The translations under genes and the position numbers were made by a program. DNA of 64,000 bases, from the NCBI GenBank assembly GCA_963845565.1, contig CAWJSJ010000001.1:384001-448000 (forward strand), in the 5' to 3' direction. This document shows positions 39,475 through 47,469 of this stretch, piece after piece (positions within the stretch are counted from its first letter, which is position 1; each line of letters begins with the position of its first letter). Under the pieces are notes generated by a model that saw nothing but the letters and a program-made list of their open reading frames with translations, was not told the origin of the DNA and did not search any database. This DNA is from an uncultured Methylomirabilota bacterium (lineage in GTDB: Bacteria > Methylomirabilota > Methylomirabilia > Methylomirabilales > 2-02-FULL-66-22).

Positions 39475-40659
39475 CTGACGAACACCCGGTCGCTTGCCGT
39501 CTATTACTTCTGGTATTTCGTCGCCGTCGGCGTCCTCGAACCCTATCTGACCCCTTTGTGGCGAGAGTTCGGCCTGTCCTCTTCCGAGATCGGACTGCTC
39601 AACGCCATCATGCCGGGGGTGGCGACGGTCGCGCCCTTTCTCTGGGCGGCGTATGCCGATGCCACGCGTAGCGGCGACCGTATCTTTCTGTGGACCACCT
39701 GGCTCTCCGCGCTCGCGGCACTCCTTCTCCCCAACGCTCAGCGCTTCGTGCCGGCAGCGCTCGGCATCTTCTGCTTGGCGGTCTTCCGGACGCCGCTGAT
39801 CCCCTTCGCCAACAGCATGACCTTCCGCGTGCTGAAGGATCGCCCCCAGCGGTACGCGGGCATCCGGCTGTGGGGGACGATCGGGTATATCGTCGCCGCG
39901 GTGGGGGCGGGGGCGGTGATGGATCGGCTCGGTTTGCGGATGGGGATGTACGGAGTCAGCCTCTCGATGCTGGCGTGCGGTCTCGTGGCGTGGGCGGGGA
40001 GGAGCCGGGAGCGCGTCCGGCTGGCCCCGGTCGGCCTGCAAGAGATTCTGGAGACCCTGCGCGATCGGCGCCTCCTGATTCTCGTGACGGCCACCGCGCT
40101 GGCCTGGGTGAGCTACGGGCCATATGGGACGTTCTATACGATCCACCTGGAGCAACTGGGTTTCTCCCGGGCCTTCGCGGGAACCGCCTGGGCGCTGGCG
40201 GCGGCGAGCGAGCTGATCGTGATGCTGCTCTGGCCTCGCATGTGCGGCTGGGCGACGCCCCGGACCTGGCTCATCGTGGCGTTGACCGCGCATCCGTTGC
40301 GATGGCTGCTGTCCAGCGTGGCGCACGGCCCCGCGTTCCTCCTGGCCATCCAGCTCACCCACGCGTTGACCTTCGGGGTGCTCTATCTGGCCGCCGTGCA
40401 GAGCGTGGAGGGTTTGGCTCCCGAGGGGCTGCGGACCACGGCGCAGGGCGTATTCGCCTCGGTGACGTTCGGCGTCGGGGGACTCGTCGGCAACAGCCTG
40501 GGTGGGTTGCTGTACGAGCCGATGGGGATGACGGCGCTCTACATCGCCGCCGCCGTGGTTTCGGCCTGGGGGCTGTTCCTGTTCGTCGTGGGCACGCCCC
40601 GCGAACGAGCCGACGCCCAACCTCTTGCACCACGCGCGGCGCGGGAGGAACGCCGATGA
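39475..40659 (+). CDS. MFS transporter (HcaT/nucleoside permease-like); probable CTG start
   Basis: 12-TM pattern, YAGIRLWGTIGY; first TM (LAVYYFWYFVAVGVLEPY) lies upstream of the first TTG/GTG/ATG; GGAG-N6-CTG at 39475. Confidence 0.8.
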   Translation: MTNTRSLAVYYFWYFVAVGVLEPYLTPLWREFGLSSSEIGLLNAIMPGVATVAPFLWAAYADATRSGDRIFLWTTWLSALAALLLPNAQRFVPAALGIFCLAVFRTPLIPFANSMTFRVLKDRPQRYAGIRLWGTIGYIVAAVGAGAVMDRLGLRMGMYGVSLSMLACGLVAWAGRSRERVRLAPVGLQEILETLRDRRLLILVTATALAWVSYGPYGTFYTIHLEQLGFSRAFAGTAWALAAASELIVMLLWPRMCGWATPRTWLIVALTAHPLRWLLSSVAHGPAFLLAIQLTHALTFGVLYLAAVQSVEGLAPEGLRTTAQGVFASVTFGVGGLVGNSLGGLLYEPMGMTALYIAAAVVSAWGLFLFVVGTPRERADAQPLAPRAAREERR

Positions 40660-41894
40660 AAAGCGCCTCCAGGCTGCTCTGGTTGCTCTTTGCAGTTAAC
40701 TTGTTCAACTACATCGACCGGCAGATCCTGTTTGCCGTCTTCCCGGCTATCCAGGCCGACCTGCACCTGTCGGACACGCAGCTCGGCCTGTTGGCCTCGG
40801 CGTTCATGTGGGTGTACCTGTCGGCGGCGCCGGTCTTCGGTCTGCTGGCGGATCGCCGGTCGCGCCCCCGGCTGATGGGCTTGGGCGTGGGGATCTGGAG
40901 CTTGGCAACGGCGCTCTCGGGAATGGTCCGAAGTTACGGGCAACTCCTCATGGGCCGAGCGCTGGTCGGGGTCGGCGAGGCGAGCTACGGAGCGGTGGCC
41001 CCGGCCATGCTGTCCGATGCCTACGAACCCGCGCATCGCGGTCGAGCCCTGGCGCTGTTTTCCATGGCGATTCCAGTGGGTAGCGCGCTCGGGTATTTGC
41101 TCGGGGGCGCGTTCGAGCAGGCGCTCGGCTGGCGCGCGGCGTTCTTCATCGTGGGGATTCCCGGTCTCTGGCTGGCCTGGACCGTGGGGCGCCTGCCCGA
41201 CGTGACCCGTGGCGGCCTCGATGGTTCCGGGTCCGCGTCTCCGGCCGTGGCCGCGCCGCGAGTGGCGGATTACCTGGAACTTCTCAAGACCAAGAGCTAC
41301 CTCTTGAACTGCCTGGCCATGACGGCCATGACGTTCGCCGTCGGGGGGCTGGCTGCCTGGGTGCCAACGTATCTGGTGCGAATCCGAGGGATGGGGCTGG
41401 CGGAGGCGAACTTGGTCTTTGGCCTGCTCACCCTGGTGAGCGGCCTCGGCGGGACCATCGTGGGAGGGTGGCTGGGCGACCGCTTGCTTCCCCGGCTGCC
41501 GACGGCCTACTTCCTGGTCTCCGGGATCGGGCTGGCGCTCAGCGTGCCGTGTGCCGCGGCGGTGATCCTGCTGGATGATCGGACGTGGGTTCTGGTGGCG
41601 ATCTTCCTGGCGGAGGTGTTCATCTTCCTCAACACGGGGCCACTCAACGCCATCATTGCCAACGTCAGCCGCTCACAGGTGCGCGCCACCGCCTATGCCG
41701 TGAATATCTTCGTCATCCACGCGCTGGGCGATGCCATCTCGCCCGCCCTCGTGGGGGCGGTCTCGGATCGTGTGGGCCTCGCCACGGCATTCTGGATCGC
41801 CCCCGGCGCGCTGGCGCTCGGCGCGGCCTTCTGCTTCTGGGGGATGCGGACGTATGGCGCGGACGCGGAGCGCGTGAAAGAGAAGGCGGAGTAG
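40656..41894 (+). CDS. MFS transporter, spinster-like
   Basis: NLFNYIDRQ, GLLADRRSR, RALVGVGEASY, HALGDAISP; ATGA overlap with the upstream MFS. Confidence 0.9.
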   Translation: MKSASRLLWLLFAVNLFNYIDRQILFAVFPAIQADLHLSDTQLGLLASAFMWVYLSAAPVFGLLADRRSRPRLMGLGVGIWSLATALSGMVRSYGQLLMGRALVGVGEASYGAVAPAMLSDAYEPAHRGRALALFSMAIPVGSALGYLLGGAFEQALGWRAAFFIVGIPGLWLAWTVGRLPDVTRGGLDGSGSASPAVAAPRVADYLELLKTKSYLLNCLAMTAMTFAVGGLAAWVPTYLVRIRGMGLAEANLVFGLLTLVSGLGGTIVGGWLGDRLLPRLPTAYFLVSGIGLALSVPCAAAVILLDDRTWVLVAIFLAEVFIFLNTGPLNAIIANVSRSQVRATAYAVNIFVIHALGDAISPALVGAVSDRVGLATAFWIAPGALALGAAFCFWGMRTYGADAERVKEKAE

Positions 41895-41986
41895 GGGGAG
41901 CTGGCAGCAGGCAGGCGGCAGCTGGCAGAGGACGACCCGACCGTCTGGAACCGCTCCCCGTTCGCTGCCTGCTGCCAGCTTTCCCT

Positions 41987-43018
41987 TCACGGCACGAGCA
42001 CGACCTTCCCGAACACGGCGCGACCTTCCAAGAGACGATGCCCTTCCGCGCAGTCCGCCAGGGGGAGCGTCCGGTCAATCACCGGGCGCAGGCTGCCCCG
42101 TGCCAGGTGGCCGAACACCGTCAGCATGTCCGCCTTGGTGCCCAGGAAAGCGCCCAGGATTGAGATGGACTTCGAGAAGAGGTAGCGGATGTCCACGCTG
42201 CCCTCGTAGCCGGCGCTGGCCCCGCACGTCACGAGCCGCCCGCCCGATGCGATGTTCGGGATGAGCGTCTGCCAGGTGGCGCCGCCCACGTGCTCGAAGA
42301 CCACGTCCACCCCACGTTTGCCCGTGAGCCGGCGGATCTCCTGAGCGAGATCCTGGCGCGCGTAGTTGATCCCCTCGTCCGCCCCCAAGGCCGTCGCCTT
42401 CACGAGCTTCTCGTCGGTGCCTGCCACCGCGATCACCCGCGCGCCAACCAGCTTCGCGATCTGCACCGCGGCGGTGCCGACGCCGCTCCCGGCCCCCATC
42501 ACCAGGACGTCCTCGCCAGCCGCCAGGTGTGCCTGAGTGGCGAGCATGTTCCAGGCGGTCAGGAACGCGACGGGAACCGCGGCCGCGCCGGTGTAGGCCA
42601 GCGAATCGGGAAGGGGAAGGCAGTTGACCTCGGGAACGCAGACGAAATCCGCACACCCGCCATCCATCACGTAGCCGCCGACCACCTTGAACCCGCGGCA
42701 CAGGTTGTCGTCTCCTCGGAGGCAGGCGGCGCACTGACCGCAGGAGATTCCAGGAGAGACCAAGATGCGCTGGCCGACCGTGATACGGGAGCACATGGCG
42801 CCCAGGGAGACCACCTCGCCCGCGATGTCACATCCGCCGATCTTCGGAAGTGGCACCTTCATTCCCGGCAAGCCCCTTCGCAGCCAGATGTCGAGATGGT
42901 TCAGTGCCACCGCCTTCACGCGAAGCAGAACCTCCGTCGGTCGCGGAGTGGGATCCGCCACATCCTCGTACCGCAGCACCTCGGGGCCTCCGTGTTCATG
43001 AAATCGAACTGCTTTCAT
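41987..43018 (-). CDS. Zinc-binding alcohol dehydrogenase / quinone oxidoreductase (MDR family)
   Basis: HGGPEVL, NHLD, CGQCAAC..C structural Zn site, GAGSGVG, VFGKVVL. Confidence 0.9.
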   Translation of the reverse strand: MKAVRFHEHGGPEVLRYEDVADPTPRPTEVLLRVKAVALNHLDIWLRRGLPGMKVPLPKIGGCDIAGEVVSLGAMCSRITVGQRILVSPGISCGQCAACLRGDDNLCRGFKVVGGYVMDGGCADFVCVPEVNCLPLPDSLAYTGAAAVPVAFLTAWNMLATQAHLAAGEDVLVMGAGSGVGTAAVQIAKLVGARVIAVAGTDEKLVKATALGADEGINYARQDLAQEIRRLTGKRGVDVVFEHVGGATWQTLIPNIASGGRLVTCGASAGYEGSVDIRYLFSKSISILGAFLGTKADMLTVFGHLARGSLRPVIDRTLPLADCAEGHRLLEGRAVFGKVVLVP

Positions 43019-43411
43019 GGGACCTCCTCATATGTGCGGTTGGTGGATTTGTGAACTGATGGATTGGTCAAGCGGCCACCTCGGAAAATGGGAAATTCCG
43101 ACCTCGACCTATCACGTTGCCAGATTGCCCGGTAGCCCAATCGCCGACTTGACCAATTGGCACCTCGACGAATTGACCAACCGACGCCGTGCGTCAGCGC
43201 GGGGAATCGTAATCGCCTGGAAGGCAAGAGTCAAATCGATCGTCCATGCACAGCGCACCGTCGCCGCAGCGGGGGCACCGCGGAGCCGTTGGCCGGTTGG
43301 GGGAATGCTCTTGACTTACACCGGGTGGGAGAGGTACGAGTATCTGCCAGCATCACCATGTCCGGGCTTTGCCGCAGGGGAGAACACGCTGTGGGAGTGC
43401 CCCAAGCCGGG

Positions 43412-43684
43412 ATGCCGACAAGTCCTCCCAGCCGAAGCGGACCTGCGCGGCCAGCGGAACCGCAGAAGCCAAAGCTCCTCGACCGCCTGCGCGAGGTCCT
43501 GCGGGCCCGCAACTACATTTCCCACGTCGTGAACGACAATCTGGCGGCTCCCGCGCCCGCGCAATGGAGCGGCGACTGGCCAGCCGCAGTCGGGCGTCAC
43601 GCGCCGCGCCGCCCAACCGCGCCTGCAGCCGCCACCCCTCCCTGCGGTCGGGGCAAGCCCCGCACGCGTGCGGGGTGCGGCTGA
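43412..43684 (+). pseudogene. intI: Truncated integron integrase remnant
   Basis: KPKLLDRLREVLRARNY matches the typical IntI N-terminus (KPKLLDQVR..IR..HYS); similarity stops after about 35 codons; attC array follows directly. Confidence 0.7.
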
Positions 43685-43702
43685 GCCGCCGCTCCGTTAG
43701 CC
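43611..43702 (+). mobile_element. attC site 1
   Basis: R'' GCCCAAC, CTGCAGCCG ... CGGCTGAG, R' GTTAGCC. Confidence 0.8.
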
Positions 43703-43709
43703 CGGGAGA

Positions 43710-43997
43710 TCAAGCAGCCGCCAGTTTCTTGACCTGAAACGTCCGGCGCTTGGCTTCCGCGTGGGCCAAATCGTATTGAAGTTGCTGGCGCAACCAGCTC
43801 TCGGCGGTCGTGTTGAAAGCCATCGATAACCGGACGGCCATTTCCGGGCTGATCCCGGAGCGGCCGTTCAGAATGCTCGATAGGGTCTTGCGGCTCACCC
43901 CAAGCGCCTGGGCCGCCTCGGTCACGCTCAGGTCGAGGGGCTCAAGGCAGAGCCCCCGCAGGATTTCCCCGGGATGGGGAGGGTTGTGCATCTTCAT
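43710..43997 (-). CDS. higA: HigA family antitoxin (cassette 1)
   Basis: [45 protein letters not shown]. Confidence 0.93.
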   Translation of the reverse strand: MKMHNPPHPGEILRGLCLEPLDLSVTEAAQALGVSRKTLSSILNGRSGISPEMAVRLSMAFNTTAESWLRQQLQYDLAHAEAKRRTFQVKKLAAA

Positions 43998-44004
43998 GGG
44001 GGAC

Positions 44005-44286
44005 TCAGTGGTAGTCTTCATAGTCAACATCCTCAACGTCGGAGGCAGACATCGTAAATGTCACGCGCCAGTTGCCGCTCACCCGTACCGCCCAACTCCC
44101 CTTCCGGTCCCCTTTCAGGGGGTGAAGGTCCAAGCCCGGCAGCGCCATGTCTCGCGCTTCGACCGCCACGTGGAGACGACCCAAGATGAGTCGCAGCCTA
44201 CTGGCATGCTTGGCCTGGATTCCGGCCGTCGTGCCACGCAGGAAGAACCGTTCCAGACCCTTGTGTCGGAAGGTGAGTATCGCCAC
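44005..44286 (-). CDS. higB: HigB (RelE-like) toxin (cassette 1)
   Basis: [39 protein letters not shown] end; toxin precedes antitoxin; GTG start. Confidence 0.93.
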   Translation of the reverse strand: MAILTFRHKGLERFFLRGTTAGIQAKHASRLRLILGRLHVAVEARDMALPGLDLHPLKGDRKGSWAVRVSGNWRVTFTMSASDVEDVDYEDYH

Positions 44287-44292
44287 GTCGGG

Positions 44293-44321
44293 AGTGTAAC
44301 ACGTAACGTTCCGGGTTACAA
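44293..44321 (-). promoter_or_regulatory. higBA promoter with palindromic operator
   Basis: Minus strand TTGTAA-N17-TACACT, overlapped by the inverted repeat TGTAAC...GTTACA (44295-44320). Confidence 0.6.
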
Positions 44322-44325
44322 CCCC

Positions 44326-44418
44326 GACTAACATCTGCCTGCAGCAGATGGCGCGAAGGGGCGCCAGGACGAAAAGCCACGTTATCGTCTCGCGCCACTG
44401 CTGAGGCTCGCGTTAGGT
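44326..44418 (+). mobile_element. attC site 2
   Basis: R'' GACTAAC, CTGCAGCAG ... CTGCTGAG, R' GTTAGGT. Confidence 0.8.
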
Positions 44419-44427
44419 GGACGCCAG

Positions 44428-44754
44428 ATGATGCCGCTGCAGAAGCGTTGGACGGAGCACGCGGCGAGGTTCGGGGGAATCGTCCGGCTCAACGCCCCGG
44501 TCCACGTCGGCAGCCCGCCGTTCGTCGCTCCGGTACTACTCCAAGGCTTTGGGGCGAGGCGCGGAATGGTTTTGGTCGCGACCTATCGTGAGATCCAGGC
44601 GATCACTGACGTGCTTGCGGAAGCGGGGTACGGCTACTCCTGCCTCGGCGATCCCGGCGACGCCGATCCGGATGAAGTCGCTGTTGTAGAGATGCTCGTC
44701 GACTGGGGCTGGTCCGGGCCCGGGCAGCCGCCGAGTTGGTATGGTGCAGCCTAA
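44428..44754 (+). CDS. Hypothetical protein (cassette 2)
   Basis: 108-aa ORF filling the cassette; stop TAA lies inside R'' GCCTAAC. Confidence 0.75.
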   Translation: MMPLQKRWTEHAARFGGIVRLNAPVHVGSPPFVAPVLLQGFGARRGMVLVATYREIQAITDVLAEAGYGYSCLGDPGDADPDEVAVVEMLVDWGWSGPGQPPSWYGAA

Positions 44755-44820
44755 CCCTTCGCTCCAACCGATACGCTAGGGTTTGCGGCCTCCGCGTGCG
44801 GCTGAGGTCAAACATTAGGC
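44749..44820 (+). mobile_element. attC site 3 (R' mutated)
   Basis: R'' GCCTAAC, CTCCAACCG ... CGGCTGAG, R' reads ATTAGGC instead of GTTAGGC. Confidence 0.75.
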
Positions 44821-44845
44821 GGCAAAATCCATATCGAGGTAGATC

Positions 44846-45355
44846 ATGAGCATCGAAGCAGGCTACATCCTTGGTGCAATTGCCATTGGTATTGGCGCAA
44901 CTCTGATCATGGACCTTTGGAATCTGTTCCTGAAGCGTACGTTCAGCATTCCATCGCTCAACTACTGTTTGCTCGGACGCTGGCTTCGCCACATGCCGGG
45001 GGGCACGGTTCGGCATGCGAGTATCGCCGCCGCGCCACAGAAACCCTTTGAGTGCACGGTTGGCTGGATTGCCCACTACACCATTGGTGTCGTGTTCGCG
45101 CTTGTGTTCGTCGTTCTGACATCAGGTGATTGGCTTGCGCGACCCACTTTGCTGCCTGCGCTGCTCTACGGCATTGGCACCGTTGTGTTCCCGTTCTTCA
45201 TCCTGCAGCCGTCGTTCGGCCTCGGCATGGCTGCCTCAAGAACGCCCAAACCAGCGCAGGCCAGGCTGAAGAGCCTTGTGACACATACCGTATTCGGAGT
45301 CGGGCTGTATGTGTGTGCACTTGGCGTGAGCTACGTGCTACGGGTTCATGCCTAA
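44846..45355 (+). CDS. DUF2938-type membrane protein (cassette 3)
   Basis: IGIGATLIMDLW, GRW..H, GWIAHY.IG, QPSFGLG.AAS.TP.P, SL.TH.VFG.GLY. Confidence 0.8.
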   Translation: MSIEAGYILGAIAIGIGATLIMDLWNLFLKRTFSIPSLNYCLLGRWLRHMPGGTVRHASIAAAPQKPFECTVGWIAHYTIGVVFALVFVVLTSGDWLARPTLLPALLYGIGTVVFPFFILQPSFGLGMAASRTPKPAQARLKSLVTHTVFGVGLYVCALGVSYVLRVHA

Positions 45356-45415
45356 ACGCTTTGCAGCGGATGCTCCGCCTATCGGCGGCACGCCCCTGAA
45401 CTGGAACGGTTGGCT
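45350..45415 (+). mobile_element. attC site 4 (degenerate R'')
   Basis: GCCTAAA containing the stop, TTGCAGCGG ... CCCCTGAA, R' GTTGGCT. Confidence 0.65.
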
Positions 45416-45439
45416 TGTAAGAAAGAGGAATATGGGGCC

Positions 45440-45988
45440 ATGAATCCAAAGATCGTTATCAGGAACGAGACGCATGACGATGTGTGCGCGATAACTGAGG
45501 TGACTATCGCAGCGTTCAAGACCTTGGAGATCAGCCACTACACGGAGCAGTTCATCATCGAGGCGCTACGTGCGGCCAGAGCCCTTACGGTATCGCTGGT
45601 CGCAGAACTGGATGGCCGGGTGATAGCGCACATTGCTTTCTCTCCCGTGACCATTTCCGACGGCACACCGAACTGGTACGGACTTGGACCTGTCTCCGTC
45701 TCGCCGGAGTTCCAACGGAGGGGCATCGGCAACGCACTGATACGAGAAGGGTTGTTTCGCCTGAAAGATATGAATGCTCAAGGATGTTGTCTCGTGGGAC
45801 ATCCGGATTACTACAGGAGATTCGGGTTCACGAACATATCTGGACTTGTGCATGAGGGGGTGCCGCAGGAGTTCTTCTTCGCCCTGTCTTTCGACGGGCA
45901 TACTCCGCAGGGCACTGTCGCTTTCCACGAAGGTTTTAAAGCGGATGGCCAACAAACGGGTGCAGGCGACGCTTTACAGCGCGCCTGA
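45440..45988 (+). CDS. GNAT N-acetyltransferase, YhbS-like (cassette 4)
   Basis: WYGLGPVSVSPEFQRRGIG, GCCLVGHPDYYRRFGF. Confidence 0.9.
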   Translation: MNPKIVIRNETHDDVCAITEVTIAAFKTLEISHYTEQFIIEALRAARALTVSLVAELDGRVIAHIAFSPVTISDGTPNWYGLGPVSVSPEFQRRGIGNALIREGLFRLKDMNAQGCCLVGHPDYYRRFGFTNISGLVHEGVPQEFFFALSFDGHTPQGTVAFHEGFKADGQQTGAGDALQRA

Positions 45989-46003
45989 CCCCTAGCGTTG
46001 GCC
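45947..46003 (+). mobile_element. attC site 5 (57 bp)
   Basis: R'' GGCCAAC and R' GTTGGCC are perfectly complementary; inner TGCAGGCG ... CGCCTGA. Confidence 0.8.
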
Positions 46004-46053
46004 GACACCTAGCCAAACGCGGCTATCACTGTATCCATTGTCAGGAGGGTCCG

Positions 46054-46783
46054 ATGACTATTACGAACAGGCAGTCCCGGACAAATGTGTATGAAGTTGC
46101 CGAAGGGATCTACCGCATCAATACTCCCGTGGTGTTCGAAGGCGGCGGAGGGTTTTCGTTCAACCAATACCTTTTGGTGGATGATGAACACGTTGCTTTT
46201 TCACACCGGGCCGCGAAAGATGTTTCCGCTAGTGCGTGAAGCGGTCGCGAGCGTTTTGCCGGTCGAGAGGCTTCGCTACATTGCGTTTTCCCATGTGGAA
46301 GCCGACGAGTGTGGCTCGCTGAACGAATGGCTTGTCGCCGCTCCGCGGTCTGTACCACTGTGCGGCAGGGTTGCTGCCATGGTATCGATCGGCGACCTTG
46401 CTGATCGGGCACCCCGGGCGCTCGCCGATGAAGAGCTGCTCCTTCTGGGGAAGCACTCCGTGCGTTGGTTCGACACGCCGCATTTGCCACACGCGTGGGA
46501 ATGCGGCTTTCTGAAGGAAGAACGAACCTCTACCTTGCTGTGCGGTGACCTGTTCACGCAGGGTGGCAATGATCTCCCGCCCATCACGGAGTCGGACATT
46601 CTTGGGCCGAGCGAGGCTTTCCGCCATGAGATGGACTACTTCTCGCACACGAAGAACGCGCGCGTAATGTTTGAGAAGCTTGCGTCGACAAACCCGGCAA
46701 CACTCGCGTGCATGCACGGTAGCGCATGGCGTGGTGACGGGGCAAGATTGCTTCGTGCTCTGGCTGATGCGCTCTCTGAGTGA
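46054..46783 (+). pseudogene. MBL-fold (FprA/ODP-like) protein with a +1 frameshift (cassette 5)
   Basis: N-part ...SFNQYLLVDDE and C-part LLFHTG...FSHVEADECG...TPHLPH...CGDLF are in different frames; one extra base near 46190 (GAA C-A-CG TTG). Confidence 0.8.
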
Positions 46784-46811
46784 TTTGCCCACAACTGGGC
46801 ATGGACAGGTC

Positions 46812-46871
46812 ACCCAACCAGGCGCTCCAGCGAAGGCGGATACGCCGCGCCGCTGCGCGTGGTCGTGAGGC
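46812..46871 (+). mobile_element. attC site 6 (R' mutated)
   Basis: R'' ACCCAAC, CTCCAGCG ... CGCTGCG, R' reads GTGAGGC. Confidence 0.65.
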
Positions 46872-46939
46872 GCCAGGAACGCTGCACGGCCGACCCCGTC
46901 CGCCTGGAAGGCGCGCCCCTTTCACCCCAGGAGTCGCCA

Positions 46940-47326
46940 ATGAGCGTGCGAGTTGTCCGCCTCGGAACCCAGCGCATCCCCGGAGAAGGAACAAGGATCG
47001 GAACGGTTCGTCGCCCTCCTCGTGGTGTGCCGAAAGCACAGTTCGCAACGCAGAACTGGTACGACGTGTGGTTTCCGAACCTCGCCCCGAGCGTCGAGAC
47101 CATGAAGCTTGGGCAAGAAGCCGCGTCGTCAGTGCAATGGTCGGCGTTCGCGCGGAAGTACAAGGCCGAAATGGCTGCGCCCGAGGCAAAGCATGACCTG
47201 GAACTCCTGGCCGTGTTGTCGCACGCCACCGACTTCTCTGTGGGGTGCTACTGCGAGCACGAAGACCGTTGCCACCGTTCTATCTTGAAGCAGCTTCTCG
47301 TCGAGAACGGGGCAAAGGTGGAGTAG
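46940..47326 (+). CDS. DUF488 / YeaO-like protein (cassette 6)
   Basis: RIGTVRRPPRGVPK, WFPNLAPS, Y.AEM, GCYCE.E.RCHRS; AGGAG RBS. Confidence 0.8.
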   Translation: MSVRVVRLGTQRIPGEGTRIGTVRRPPRGVPKAQFATQNWYDVWFPNLAPSVETMKLGQEAASSVQWSAFARKYKAEMAAPEAKHDLELLAVLSHATDFSVGCYCEHEDRCHRSILKQLLVENGAKVE

Positions 47327-47348
47327 TCGTGTTAACGAAGGCAATGAC

Positions 47349-47390
47349 GCTTAACCTCTCGCTCACGCCGACCGCCAACGGCCCGCCACG
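47349..47390 (+). mobile_element. Truncated attC site 7 (left half only)
   Basis: GCTTAAC-CTCTCGCTCACGCCGACCGCC; no matching R' box found. Confidence 0.45.
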
Positions 47391-47469
47391 CCTTTGGTCT
47401 TCGATGGTTGGGGCTGCGGGTATTGCGCGCCAGGGAACACATTGAACCTCCGAACGCAGGGAGAAGGCC

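Larger units (their letters stand above)
43412..47390 (+). mobile_element. Degenerate integron: intI remnant plus six gene cassettes
   Basis: Seven same-orientation attC-like sites between small unrelated ORFs, a TA cassette, visibly lower GC than the flanks. Confidence 0.85.

Noticed and set aside
46054..46783. Programmed frameshift in the MBL-fold cassette
   Set aside because: No slippery run at the junction; a single-base insertion or sequencing error is simpler
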